DNA of 64,000 nucleotides, from NCBI GenBank assembly GCA_010405405.1, contig MU004230.1:778627-842626 (forward strand), in the 5' to 3' direction. Positions 11,783-24,463 of the stretch are shown in pieces (positions within the stretch are counted from its first letter, which is position 1; each line of letters begins with the position of its first letter). The position numbers and the translations under genes were made by a program. Under the pieces are notes generated by a model that saw only the letters and a list, made by a program, of their open reading frames with translations, was not told the DNA's origin and searched no databases. This DNA is from Microthyrium microscopicum. Lineage: Eukaryota.

Positions 11783-13822
11783 TGCAAGTTTGTATGTGAC
11801 TGAAAACGGACTAGTGTGAAAATAGAATGTGGAATGGCTTGAAAACTTGTGAGGTTGAGGAGAAAGAGAAGAAGAAAACAGAAAATCAAAACAAACGGTC
11901 TGAAGAAAAGGGACGGTATCAAAAAAAAAGTCTGGGCGTTGAGCTACACCAATCGTGGCCTGATTGTCATCAGATTACCTTGATCAGGATCGTGAAAATG
12001 GCTGAGAAATAGGCTCTAGACTGAATCAGGCGATGCGTTGTATGATTGCATGTGATACTCTTGGCCAGATTGAAAGTTGTGAAAAGCCAAAGTGATGCAA
12101 ATGTGCTGGTTATAGACTCTAAAGATTGCTTGAATCATTCTCGTCAACTTTATATTAGGTTTCAAGTCAAGTTATCAAGGCGACGTTGAGTGTTGGGGGC
12201 GAGAAGGCAGGCTGAAATCACCCATTTTGAAGCCTTGATTTGGTGTTTACATTGCCATTGTCAAACAACCACGTTGTGCGGCAAGAAGAAACTCGTTGTA
12301 AAGCTTCAGATAGCTCCATGCAATGTTCGAGTGATGAACACTTGATGGAAAGTACGATGTAGGTGTGTGTGGGTAGAACTGGTCGTTCTTACCATTCTTG
12401 ACTGCACCATAGCGACACAGCACAAGACTGTTCCAACCCAAGAGTCATCTAGGGACGATTAGATGATGTCCAAGACTCCCTGAGGATTGTTTTTGGAGGC
12501 ATGGCACATGCAATCGAGCAGAAACCGCATCACATCGCGAAATCGTCCCAATACATCGAGCCACCAAGCACGGCGTCCTGCTAGCTCCGCCTCAATTCCC
12601 ATGCCAACTTTATCGGAATAATCTCTAGATTGATCGAGTCTTTTATCGCACTCCAAAAATGCTCGAATAGCGCTAGGGGTAAGCATTTGAGCAAACCTCC
12701 AGCTTTCACAGCCAACGAGCGAGCTCACACTGTCGAGTAGACCGATCCAGCCTTCATACCCAGTTCCCACGAACTTATAACTTGTTCGATATCATAGAGG
12801 GTCAAGGTTAGAGTATATACAGGGTCATTCGTGCTCGAATAGTAAGAAAATGACTCGAAAGCATCGCAGGCCATATATTCAGGGGTACCACAACCGCCTA
12901 CGATAATTGATGTATGGAAAGGCTAACATTATACGTACTAGAATATACACGAAAGTAAGATGACCTTTGACCGGAATTCATATTGTCTCGAGGGAGGCAT
13001 TAGCAGCTATAATATTGTCCCATCTCTCGCAAGGCTGGCGCAAGACAAACGACGAGTTGATTGGCTCATTGGCAGATTGATCAGCGAAATTTGGTTGAGT
13101 TTTGGCGCTAGGAGTCGCCTAAATAACCTTATTTCAACCTCCAGGCTTTGGCTCCGCTATTCAGCTCCCAGATCCAGGAAATTCACAACACTCCGTGCGA
13201 ACGGAAACGAGAACAACATGAGTCGCTCCAACACTGCACAAGTTAGGGAAGTCCATTTACAGGCAAATTTCAGTGGGCAAAGTGCTCCCCGGAGCAGTAT
13301 GCCAGGCATTTCCAGAGGCATGTTCTTCTAGAGCGATTTGGACCATAGTTTGCACAATCTCCAGGATATTATCTGCAAAACACAGCAATTGGGTTGAATG
13401 AGGCAGCCTGGAGATTGCACACATAGTAGGCATTGCGTATCTCAGCCTTCACAGACGCTCGGAATCAATACCCTACTCTGGGCAACCATTTCATGTGTGT
13501 CGATCTCAAACCCTTCGTAGCAAGGACTTCGGCGCTAAGCCCAATTGGGGTAGCAGCTCGTTGTTGCAAGGCTGCGCAGGTATCGACAGTATGCACCATG
13601 CGCCACAAGATTAACTCGCCATGCAGGAAGAGTACGAGAGCAATGAGGACCTTTAGGCGTATAAAAGGCTCGCGGAACGTCTTGGACTCCTCTTGCCAGT
13701 TCCATATCGCACTTTTACAATTTTCCCTCACACAACATAACCTACCATTATTTCAAAGCGTCCATCATACACAAAGAATTTCGCCTGTTTCTCTCTCTTC
13801 AGATCCTTTGAAGCCAAACCTA

Positions 13823-15259
13823 ATGGGAGGTGCACTTAAAGGCTTGCTGAACTCAGGTGTGGGGTTGGTTGCTGAGGCTATCTCTCATCATAGCCAAAAG
13901 AGCGGATCTCTGACACCAAACGATAATCGTATGACACACCTACATCGTTGAACTTGTTGGTGCTAACTTGGATCAGGCAGCTCTAGAGCGATATATGTCG
14001 ATGAGCCACCACCATATAGCCCTCTTTCGCATAGCATCGGCCGCAATACCTACAGCAACGAAAACTACGACGAGCAACGTTACCACATCCAAGAAGAACA
14101 GAATAGGCACTTTGATGAGCGGGAACGCCCACATCATTTTTCAGAGGAAGTGAAAGTGAACTTTTCTTATTCACCTGTTCGCCAGGCTCCAAGCTCATAC
14201 GAAGGACTCTCCAGCCCTGTCATCATTCCCCAACGACGTCCAAACACACAAGATCGAGGCTTTGCAATAGCATATTCGCCTTGCCTTAACTCCTGTGGCA
14301 TTGACCAAGCTACATTCCTTGACTTCATCTTTGCATTCAACAAGGCCAGCGAAACATCTCCAGTTCTAGATGTTGTCAACTTGGCCGCCTTTGCTTCTGG
14401 GTTTGCTCCTGGTATCGCACCCATGATCGTTTCCATGGCAGTTCCAGTAGCCACCAAGGTCGCCAAAAACGCCCAGACGAAAACGGGATCTGCGAATTAT
14501 CTCAGGAGAGCCAATGCAGAAATCTTTGAGCCACGGGGTCTGGTGGCTTTTGTGGCCACTTTCAAGCCAGGTCAGACTTCTCCGGTCCTCAGCATGGACA
14601 CTCAGACACACGATTTACAACACAACATCGCTTCTGGACTTGAACTACCTCCGTCGGCACCATTGGTTTTCTTCAACGAGAGTGCTGTTGTGTCGGATGA
14701 GTTGCAGAATCCATTCCAGAGAAGCACTCGTTTCGTTTCCGACTATATGGATAGAAGAAAGCAAGTGGAATATATGAATCAGCACCCAGAAATGAGCCAC
14801 CTGGGACCAAGACCTCAGTTCAGAAGCCCGCATTCTGACCCAGACAACCAGTCTGGAGGCTTGATTCCCAGAGCTCGACCACAACGACGCAGTGATGACG
14901 ATGAAGAGTGTTCCAGTGAAGACGACTACCGGTCGAAGAAACGATCTAGAAAGGACAAGAAAAAAGGTCGAAAACAAGATGGGTTGATCGGTGGCTTGCT
15001 GGGAGCTACTTCTGGGCAAAGAGGAAATCAGCGCCCAGGACTCATTGGTGGGCTCAGAGGAATGGCGTTTGGCGAGCAAGGTCTGGGAAACCCAAGCACT
15101 AGCCTTGTTGGTGGTATAAAAGGCAAAGCCCTGGGCAACGAGCGGCAGAATGGTGGCTTGATATCTGGTTTCAAAGGGAAATTGATGCAAGAAGAAAGCA
15201 TGTTCCTCGTTATTGCGAAGAAGAACACCAGCGTCTCATCCGCAATAGAGCTTCCATGA
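13823..15259 (+). CDS. Conserved fungal hypothetical protein (PVIIPQRRP...RGF..AY family) with C-terminal GLIGG repeats
   Basis: ATG 13823; intron 13929-13976 (GTATGA..GCTAAC..CAG) joins in frame to ORF 14150-15259. Motif PVIIPQRRPNTQDRGFAIAYSPCLNSCGIDQATFLDF recalls a widespread uncharacterised ascomycete family. Confidence 0.75.
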
Positions 15260-15643
15260 GCAGTTGGAATTGATGATCAGCCCTTTTCTTATATTAATAT
15301 ATCCTTCGACACACCAACTACTATCGTGAATCTTATCAATTGTTACAATCTCAGCTAAAGCGGTCAACCAGTCGATAGCCATGGTGGTGTATTGATCATT
15401 GAGGATAAGGCATTTAGAACTCGGCCTGATACTGGCATGTGAAGCTAGACTGTATTAAGACTAGTGCTGAAAGTGTGGGACTAAAGACATATCCCTGCTA
15501 GCTGCTCCCGCCTTGAGCTTAACCCCACTAAACTCCACCACTTTGGCCTCAGAAACTCACCACCACATCCAGCGCTTCAACTTCTTACTATTTCCACCTT
15601 CAACCAACAACAAGACTATCAACCTGTTTCTTCCTCGGATAGC

Positions 15644-16856
15644 ATGGCCGCCGACCTTGTGTATCCATCCACATCTGATACTAGCCCACACATCCTTCTA
15701 CATCCTCTAGCTCTGATTGCCATTGACGACCATGTTTCCAGATCGGGCATTCGACGTACTGGACCAATTGTTGGAGCCCTTCTAGGCCGTAACAATGGCA
15801 AAGAAATCATTGCCGAGCAAACTTTTGAGTGCGGAAGTAAGAAGTTGAATGGAGGGCAGATTGACCAAAGCTGGTTCTCGCGAATGGTCAAACTACGTAA
15901 GTTTCTCGACCTTTAAACAGTACCAACGACAAGCTAATCTCTTCAGAATCCGAGATTCATCCTGCCCTTAGCCTCATCGGATGGTATACAGTTGGATCCG
16001 AACCACAGCCTTGGCATACCGGCATCCAAGCGCAACTAAAAGACTCTTTCGAATGCGACTCTCCCATCTTTCTCCTCTATCAGCCCCAAGTGTTCAAAGA
16101 CAACGCTGTTAACGGTCGGTTACCTTTCTCCATGTACGAGGGTATCATAACACAGACACATGATGATGGTGACATGGACGTGGACTACAAGCAGGGATCT
16201 GTGCCACCAATGAAGTTCCGGTCCATCTCATACTCATTAGAGACCGCACCAGATGAGGCCATAGGTCTTGCAGATATCATGCAAGGTGCTAGCACAGCGA
16301 TTGCCATTGCAGGAACAAGTTCTTCGTCAAAAGAGACGGATAAATCAAAAGGCAAAGCAAAGGAACAGCCTAAGGAGATCTTCACACCGGAAGAAGACGA
16401 GCGTAAGTGACTTAGCACACTATGAAACTCACGTTACTAATAGAAACAGTGTTATCCTCAATTAAGACCAAGTACAACGCCGTAAAGATGCTCCAGTCCA
16501 GATTGGACCTTATCACTGCTTACCTCAAAGCTCAACCCGCGTCATACCTGACCGACGCTTCCTTATCACCCGCAGATTCTACAAGCCCAATCGACCACGA
16601 AGTCATTCGATCAATCGCAGCTCTAGCCGCTGAGCTACAACTTACATCCCCCGCCAAGCTAGTAGAGCTAACCAAGGAGACACAACAGGCAAAGACGGAT
16701 GGCAAAGTACTGCAGCTACTTGCACAACTGACGGAACACGCAAGCGATGTTAAGATGCTCGGACGGCGAGTTCACGTTGCGGAGCCTCGTCGACGCAAGG
16801 AAGCGGCAGGCCAACCCAGCATGCCGGGATTAGAAGGACTGAATGACTGGTCATAA
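15644..16856 (+). CDS. CSN6: COP9 signalosome subunit 6 (MPN- domain)
   Basis: LHPLALIAIDDHVSR, GPIVGALLGRNNGKEI, LIGWY, YSLETAPDEAIG and NAVKMLQSRL across three exons with ~50-nt introns. Confidence 0.85.
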
Positions 16857-17011
16857 GATGTAGAAATACTGATTCTGTTGAACTGTCTAGTCTCTATGCC
16901 CGCGCTCTGCCATCCAACAGGCGTTCTTTCTGCTAAAAATGCCAATTAGATAGATACCCAATGCAAGTAATTACTCATGTCACAAACTCCTCTCAAGTTG
17001 CTATTGAATGC

Positions 17012-18304
17012 TCAAGTTTCTCCGACCAAGCTCTGGTCGGCTTTCCTGCCAGCGTCTAATGATCCCTCCTCCTTCCAAGTCTCCACCAGCCCACTCTTGG
17101 GATCGTCTGGTCCATAACCACGACTTCGTCTCAACTTTTCCATCTCATCACGCAGTGTCTTGACCACGGCTATCCGTAACTCCTGCGCCTCCTGCCCATG
17201 CATCAACTCCTCCGTCATCTCCTCGCCCTCGCGACTCAATCCCGCACGTTCTCGCAGAGTCCGCCAGCGCTCACGAAATTGTGAAAATATACCCTCATCT
17301 ACGCGCGCGCCGAATGTAATACTGACGGACTTGAATATGCGCGGTAACCACTTCGGCGATGGCCGGTCTAGGGCCATTATGTCCTTGATGCCTTCGAGGA
17401 AGATAGGAACGACGTCTGGACAAGGCTCCGTTTCGAGAATGAGTCGTGCCACGCCCCATTTGAAGTAGCGCAGACGGTGCTCGGGGTGTTGGTGGACGCG
17501 GCCTTCGGGGAAAACGTGGAGCCATGCGTGTCTGCGCGTGCCGTAGGCTGTTGGCGCGGTGTAGGAATCGCTGCCGGTTGTAGAGTAGCTGTATACGGGC
17601 AGGTTGTCAGCGAAGGGATCGGTGAGGGGTGTATGTTCGTCGGCAGGCGGTGGTGGGTTTGCGCTGGGCGTGGGTGTGGGCCAGTATGGATGTGGTGGTG
17701 TGGGTGTTAGGAAGGGACCGGCGTTGAGGAGACGGATTGCTTGGGTCATGGTGGGCTGGAAGGGGCCGCCGTGGGGTGAGAACATGAGGCGGTGGGTAGG
17801 TAGCACTTGGCCGGAGGTAAAGAAGCGCGATTGGAGACTATTGGGCCCGTTTACGAAGCAGATGTCTTCGCTGCCGAGGGACCATCGCATGGTGTTGGGG
17901 GAGCATAATATGCGTGCGGGAAGGGCGCCCCATATAAAAGGATCATCGACTCTAGATGGCAGTTAGAGAAAGTCGCATAATCTGGATAGTGAGGATTTAT
18001 CATACACTGAGAGATGGTTCGAGTCTGGAGTCTTGTTAGTTTGAGGGTTCACTCGCAAGGCTTGGTAGCGCTAAGACTTACAGGTCAGTAGACCCTTCTT
18101 CCGTTTGCTCACATCTTTTCTTTCGTCGAGGAGTTTGACAAAGGCATCAAGTCCGTATATCCTCGTAGAATTCAGAAAGTTGAGTACAGATTTAGAGAAG
18201 AGGCCGATGGCGGCGATGGTCACACGCGACGCGGCGCGCCATTGCAGGCTGGGACGACTCAGGTCGTGGGTATCGTCACCAGGGTCCTTAGGGGGTTTGG
18301 GCAT
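17012..18304 (-). CDS. TAZ1: Tafazzin (cardiolipin transacylase)
   Basis: A 19-nt microexon (~18006-18024) completes the HxxxxD motif SNHLSVVDDPFIWG. Also RWSLGSEDICF, WLHVFPEGRVHQ and LRYFKWGVARLILE. Confidence 0.93.
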
Positions 18305-18706
18305 GTTTATAGGATGTAGGAATATAAGGAGGGATTAGAAATTATTGTAGGAGAATCGAGCGATAGACGCTGCTCAAGGGCAGAGACGCATTCTAGGAGG
18401 TGAAGAAAGGAAAAAGCAGAAATGAAGCGCATTTGTGTCTCGGCATATTCTTAGCTTGGTAGGCTCGAAGCTCGTGAACCTTCAGGGATTTTTCATCGCA
18501 CCTTCCCAGACTGAGCTGATCTTCAACTCCTCCTCAAAGGCTCAAAGTCCAGCTTCGGCCCGTCTTTGACATCTTGTGATCTCATATTCTCCCGCCTAGC
18601 ACGTGGCGCGGCGTGTGTCGCCGGAAAATTAATAACCTTCTCAGGCAATTCTCCACTTCGCTTCAACGACATCATACCGTACTTCTCCATCACCTGTTAC
18701 TACAAG

Positions 18707-19885
18707 ATGCCGCAATCACACAGCAAGTTCCATAGCTACTCCAACATTGGGCCCGTCATCTAACTATTCATACTAGGCAAACGCAATACCACTCTCGCCT
18801 TCTTCACCTCCTACGAGCGATCCCTCCTCAAGACAGCCTGGGGTACCCAGAAAGCCAAACTAAATCGCGACTCCTTCCTACCATTCGGAAGCTGTCAGCT
18901 ATGCCTTCTACCTAGCCGCGATCCTGTCGCATGCTCCAATGGCGATTTATTCTGTCGCGAGTGCATAATTGCCAACTTGCTTGCTCAGCGTAAAGAAATC
19001 ACTCGGCTAGAGAAAGATCTAGAACGGCGGGTTGAAGATGAGCAAGACCAGAAGTTGCTGCAGGAAGCCGAAGAGCAGGAGCGTGCTGTGCAAGATTTTG
19101 AGCGCGTACAGATGGGAGCAGAAAATCGTGGTCGAAAGCGTGCTGCAGAAGATGCAACAGCTGAAGAAGACCAACGTGCTACAAAAAAGAAGTTTGAACT
19201 CGTTGAGGAGGAGCTGTTGAAAGGAGTCAAAGATGAGAGAATACGGATGCGGACTGCAATTGATGCTGACAAGGTACATCACTATGCTCCAACCTGATAC
19301 TCTCATGCTGACGATTAACAGAAAGCTGCTGCGAAACATAACCCATCCTTCTGGATCCCTTCTGCACTGCCCACATCCGAGACAGTTTCGACCAAAGACT
19401 CAAAGCCACCAAAATTACAACCGCTATGTCCATGCTCCTCGGAGGAGAAGCCGCACAATATATCCCTAAAGACACTTACCGCCATTAAGTTTCGTACAGA
19501 GAAAGATGAGAACACAAAGCAGGAAAAACAAACTTGTCCGTCATGTCGAAAAGCGCTTTCAAATTCAACGAAAGCTGTACTAGCAGTTCCTTGTGGCCAT
19601 GTCTTATGTAAACCGTGCTGCGAAAAATTCATGAAACCAACATCAGCTCCAGATCCTCACAACCCAGACTTGGAGCATGGAATATTGCGCTGCTATGTAT
19701 GTGATGAAGATCTCACGTCACCATCACAAATCAAGAATGGCGAGAAAGAAAAATCCAAGAAGAAGAGCAAGAAGGATAAGACAGGAGTGAAACCAGGATT
19801 GGTCGAACTCAATTCTGACGGGACAGGCTTCGCTGGCGGTGGGAAGAGTGAAGTCGAGCGCAAAGGTGTAGCCTTTCAATGCTGA
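18707..19885 (+). CDS. NOSIP-like RING/U-box protein
   Basis: [41 protein letters not shown]...[18 protein letters not shown], and a second [14 protein letters not shown]...[10 protein letters not shown]. Introns 18723-18776 (GC-AG) and ~19273-19321. Confidence 0.85.
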
Positions 19886-20855
19886 TGAGAAAACGATTTG
19901 TTGACTTCATGATACCCCTGCATCAGTAATTTGAATTTACCATAAGCTAGAGAAACAATGAATGCTTTGGTGTATAAAGGATTAGAAGAAACGAGCAAGC
20001 TGTTGGATATGCGATGGTTTGTCATATCATGAAGTTAACAATGAGACCGATCACAAGACCAACTCTTGCTATAACACTACTAGCTATTCTAATGAGCAAT
20101 GGCTCAAGCCCCAGAATTTTAGCTCATTCTCGTATACTCATTGCCATCGGGAATACCTGATACGAGAGTTTCTGGGACTTTGAGGCTTCTTGCGTTGCAG
20201 TAAGGAATTTGCCGGCGCATTGCAGCATTTACTATCTCTACGAAGTTTTTGATCTGCTACTTCAGTGAGACATTTATAAGACGCTATGTACAATCAGACT
20301 ATCACAAAAGAAAGTGATTGTTGCAAGCGGCTGACGCAAGTGGAGCGGTGTCAAACGCCTCGACCTCCTTTCACGATTGCAACAATTTCTCTTCAACTCA
20401 ACCTCTTCATCATACTCTAACTCTTTGCCACCTCACGTTCCCCTCCTCAAACTACTTAAAAAGCCGTCAGCAGCATGAATCCAACTCAAAGACTCAACTC
20501 AAGTTTAGATCGCCTTTTATATTCAGGTTATTCTAGAAACGTCATATATCACCGTGTACCATCCATCCGGTCAGCCTTGATGTCACCATCGTGACCACAA
20601 CTTAGGCCAGGTTCTCCATATTTTTCGCGCGCTATCTCTACCCGGATAACATCAAGTAGCTTTCCGTTCTTTGCAGATAACGCTTCCATCGTTGACCTCC
20701 ACAATTTTGGAAAGAGCTCTCGCAAGAACAGAGCGCGAAAGGCGGGTACCAAGTCCAATACCAAGCAAGTGCAATCCGAATACCTTGGCCTCAACATTCT
20801 TCATTATATCAAACGACTCTTCTTACCTTCATCATTTGCTAGCAAAGGAAAAGTA

Positions 20856-22265
20856 ATGGATGTCGACAAAATCTCTTTCAATGGCACCGTCCTTGATATT
20901 CTAGAGGACATCTCCAAAGCCGACTTTGTTGCTATCGATTTCGAGTTCTCTGGTGTCACTCGCAACAAACCAACTTCTCTTGGACGCAACAAACAGACCC
21001 TCCAAGAACGTTACGAGCAAGTCAAAATCGCTGCCGAGAAATTCCATATTCCACAGGCTGGTCTCACCTGTGCTTTTCGCCCTGATTCTCACGATGGCAC
21101 CTGGCGTCTCCGGACCTACAATCTTCTCCTCTCGCCTATTCTAGACGAAGACTTGGACGTGGAGCGCGACTTTAGCTTCCAAAGCGGTGCCGTACAATTT
21201 CTCCAGCGTGTCGACTTTGCCTTGGAAACCTCACTATCTCATGGCATCCCTTACCTCTCTAGGCCAGAGCAAATCCAGGCCCACACCCAAGCCGCCATAC
21301 GTGCCGACACCTCTAGCATCGCCGACATCCAGCTTGATGCTACTGACGTTGAAGCTCTCGCTTTTGTCCAACGCGTACGTGACGCTGCTGTAATCTTCAA
21401 TAAGCGTAACCATACGCCGGGCGCTCAACTCGTCATAGACAGCCGAGCATTCGGCACGGATGACAGTACCACTACTGAGCTCAAACATGAGCTTACTGGC
21501 TTTGACAAGCGTCTCATACATCAATTGGTGCGCGCCGAGTTCACAGCGCTCAGGTCTTTCAGCAGATCGACGTCCATCATTGTGGAGCGCAGCGATGCAG
21601 CACGTGAGAAGAAGAAACGTGATGAGCGTTCTCGCCGAGCCGCATCGAGGATCACAGAGCATGTTGGTTTCCGATGGGTCGTCGAGGCACTCTTTCAAGG
21701 CGGAAGCATAAAAGATATGGATCTGCGCAGCACTGCCGTTAACAGGGAAGGTGCACCGCAAATATATGACTTCTATGATACGGTGGGCAGACACAAAAGA
21801 ATCATGAAGAAACTGGAAGCAGGCCGACCCGTGCTGGTAGGCCACAATTTGTTCACCGATCTGATGTATCTATACGCCAGCTTCATCGGCACATTACCAG
21901 ATACTGTCGAGGGGTTTGCTGCAGAGATGGGAGCCTCGTTTCCTCTTGTGGTGGATACAAAGTACATGGGAACTCACAACTGTGGCAGCATCAATCCAGC
22001 CAGCTCACTGGAACAATTGGACAAGTGGCTGTTGGACGAAATGCCCAAGCCAAAGATAGCACTGGATGAAGGATTCGAGAAGTACCTTACCCAGGCGAAC
22101 TACCATGAGGCAGGTTTCGATTCCTATCTCACTGCACGAGTTATGATCAGGCTAGCGGCTCGCTTGAATGAGGGTCAGGTAGCGGCATTTGACGAGGACT
22201 TTTGGAAAGAGTATGGAAGCCAGCTTCGCATATTTGGGACGTTTGAGGGCGCAATGAAGATATAA
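20856..22265 (+). CDS. CAF1-family poly(A)-specific ribonuclease (PARN-like)
   Basis: DEDD motifs FVAIDFEFSG, LVGHNLFTDL, VDTKYM and YHEAGFDSYLT; R3H-like GFDKRLIHQLV. Confidence 0.9.
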   Translation: MDVDKISFNGTVLDILEDISKADFVAIDFEFSGVTRNKPTSLGRNKQTLQERYEQVKIAAEKFHIPQAGLTCAFRPDSHDGTWRLRTYNLLLSPILDEDLDVERDFSFQSGAVQFLQRVDFALETSLSHGIPYLSRPEQIQAHTQAAIRADTSSIADIQLDATDVEALAFVQRVRDAAVIFNKRNHTPGAQLVIDSRAFGTDDSTTTELKHELTGFDKRLIHQLVRAEFTALRSFSRSTSIIVERSDAAREKKKRDERSRRAASRITEHVGFRWVVEALFQGGSIKDMDLRSTAVNREGAPQIYDFYDTVGRHKRIMKKLEAGRPVLVGHNLFTDLMYLYASFIGTLPDTVEGFAAEMGASFPLVVDTKYMGTHNCGSINPASSLEQLDKWLLDEMPKPKIALDEGFEKYLTQANYHEAGFDSYLTARVMIRLAARLNEGQVAAFDEDFWKEYGSQLRIFGTFEGAMKI

Positions 22266-22486
22266 TCATGATCAATACATTTACTTCACCCTTTCTATTC
22301 GCCACTCCTCTGAATGAGAAGCCATCATTATAATAGCTGCCTGAAATGAACGTTGAAGATTTATTATATTATTATGGATGCTCATATGCAAGAAATAGTT
22401 CTTAAAGACCCTCTCAGCATACAACCTACTCCGTGGTTATACGCTAATGCACAGAATACGCTCCAAATGGGATATAATTAATGCTT

Positions 22487-24463
22487 TTATAAGCCAGAAT
22501 CGTCCTTGACATAAATGGGCGAGTTATTATAATACGAATCCCATTGCGCGCATGTATTTGACCATGCGCTATTAGGTGCTGCCACTTTATCAGTGGCCTC
22601 TAGGAACTGAACACCCAGACCAGCAGCTGTAGGTGCATGTTAGCAAATTCCCAATTGACATGGTAGTGATGAACTTACAGATATGAGTGGCGATATGGCA
22701 ATGCATCAGCCATGCACCGGGGTTGTCAGTAGGGAACGTGATTACTACCCAACCACTTGCTGGGAGGAAGGTCACGTCTCTTCGTGGGGGATTGTTGAAA
22801 TTGAGGCTAGTGAGATTCGACTTGGTGTCAAATACACCGTCTCCACGGCCTAGGATCCAAAAGTCGTGGCCGTGGAGATGGAGTGGATGGGGAATTTGTA
22901 CGGGTGAATCTGGAGCTTGTTGGATGATCCAATATGTCCACTAGTATTTATTAGTATGATGCGGTTTTCAGCGACGGGTTGGGACTTACAATGCCTTCGG
23001 TTGGAAGAGACAGAACGTTGTATGTTGTAGGATAATCTGTGCTCTTGTTGCCGATATATGCCAGTGTTGGCTGTTCCCAGTCAATGTTGATGGCGGTGAG
23101 GTTGACGGTCCAGGCGACGATGTTCTGGTTGTTGGTTCCTACACCGGGAATGGCTAGGTCCACGGGCATAGAGCTTACTTGGCTTGCGAAGTCCGCGCTG
23201 GGGATGGTGGAAGGCCACCATGGAACAAGAGTCGTTGGCTCAACGCAAGTAGTTTCGAAAGTCACACCTGTTGAGGTTGGGTTGGCTAGTGTAGTGCCTG
23301 CGTACGTGAATATGGACTTTCCGCTGTGGCTTACAGCAGTAGCACAATCAGTCGCTGGCTCGGCTCGGAACCAGAAATTGCCAGTGGTTTGATTGGCGGT
23401 AATGATCACATCATATCGCTGGCCAATAGCCATGAGCAATTGGCTGGTGAAGAATGGCTTGATTGGGACGAAATCGTTGGTGATCACTTGGAAAGGATGT
23501 CCGTCAAGAGAAACTCGAATGGCCGCCTCGACAGATGTATTGATGATCCGTAGACGGTGCTTTTTACCGGGAGTAAGTGTGACCTGGCCATATTTTCCTC
23601 CTCCTTGGGCATTCACGTTGGTGCCATTGATCAAGATGTTGTCACCAGGAGGCGGTCCTTGTCCAGTCTGAAGACTCGAATTGGATATAGAGAGAAACTG
23701 AAACATGGTTTTGTTGGACATCCAGTCAGTAACGGGATATGGTCCTAGATCGATATCGTAATTTGCGGTAGCTGGGCCATTGATTTGCATGGTGCCTACA
23801 ACACCATCGCCGTATTGAACGGAGTAATGGCTATGGTACCAGGACGTGCCGTACTGGGTCGCTTTGAAGGTATAAGTTTTGGTTTGACCTGGCGCGAGCG
23901 GACATTCTGTAACACCAGGTACTCCATCTTCAGAATTGGAGCCAAGCTGACGGATTCCATGCCAATGGAAGCCTGTTCCGTTTGCTTGCATGCTGTTTTT
24001 AAGCGTTACTTGAATGGTATCGCCCCAGTCAGCCACGATCGTAGGACCAGGATATTGTCCATTGATGAGGAGGCATGTTCGACTGATTCCGTCAGGAGCA
24101 CATGTGGTATTTGTTATTTCCATGTTGTAAGATCGTACTTTGCCGGTGTCTGGCCATTTCTAGTTCGAGTTAGATTGTTATGTCATGGTGAACCTGAGAT
24201 GATCTTACCTCATCAAAATCTGTGCTAATACTAAAGCCATTGCCCCAACATGAACGAGTCAAGGGACCATTTGAGCATCCTCTGTCTGCGGTTTTCGAGG
24301 CGGAAGGTACAGGAGCAGCAGCCACTGAAGTTGCTACTTGTCGTTGTACGAGTGTTGATGGTGGTCCACCTGGGCCCCAGAGAATATGGTCTGCTGGTAA
24401 TCTTTTAGCCAAGGCGGTTGATGCTACGAAGAGTGCAGAATAGAATAGTTGAGAAATATGCAT
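22487..24463 (-). CDS. Secreted laccase (multicopper oxidase, ascomycete type)
   Basis: Signal peptide; Cu motifs HWHG, WYHSH, HPLHLHGH and HCHIATH; C-terminal DSGL-stop; three introns splice in frame. Confidence 0.95.

Noticed and set aside
12000..13750. Short ORFs (12247-12441, 12459-12770, 12960-13331, 13465-13731) as a gene relic
   Set aside because: No recognisable motifs or consistent splice model; may be decayed sequence but cannot be supported.
21234..21845. Long antisense ORFs here and at 2788-3198, 14645-15190, 29944-30432 and 34361-34909
   Set aside because: Shadow ORFs opposite well-supported genes.
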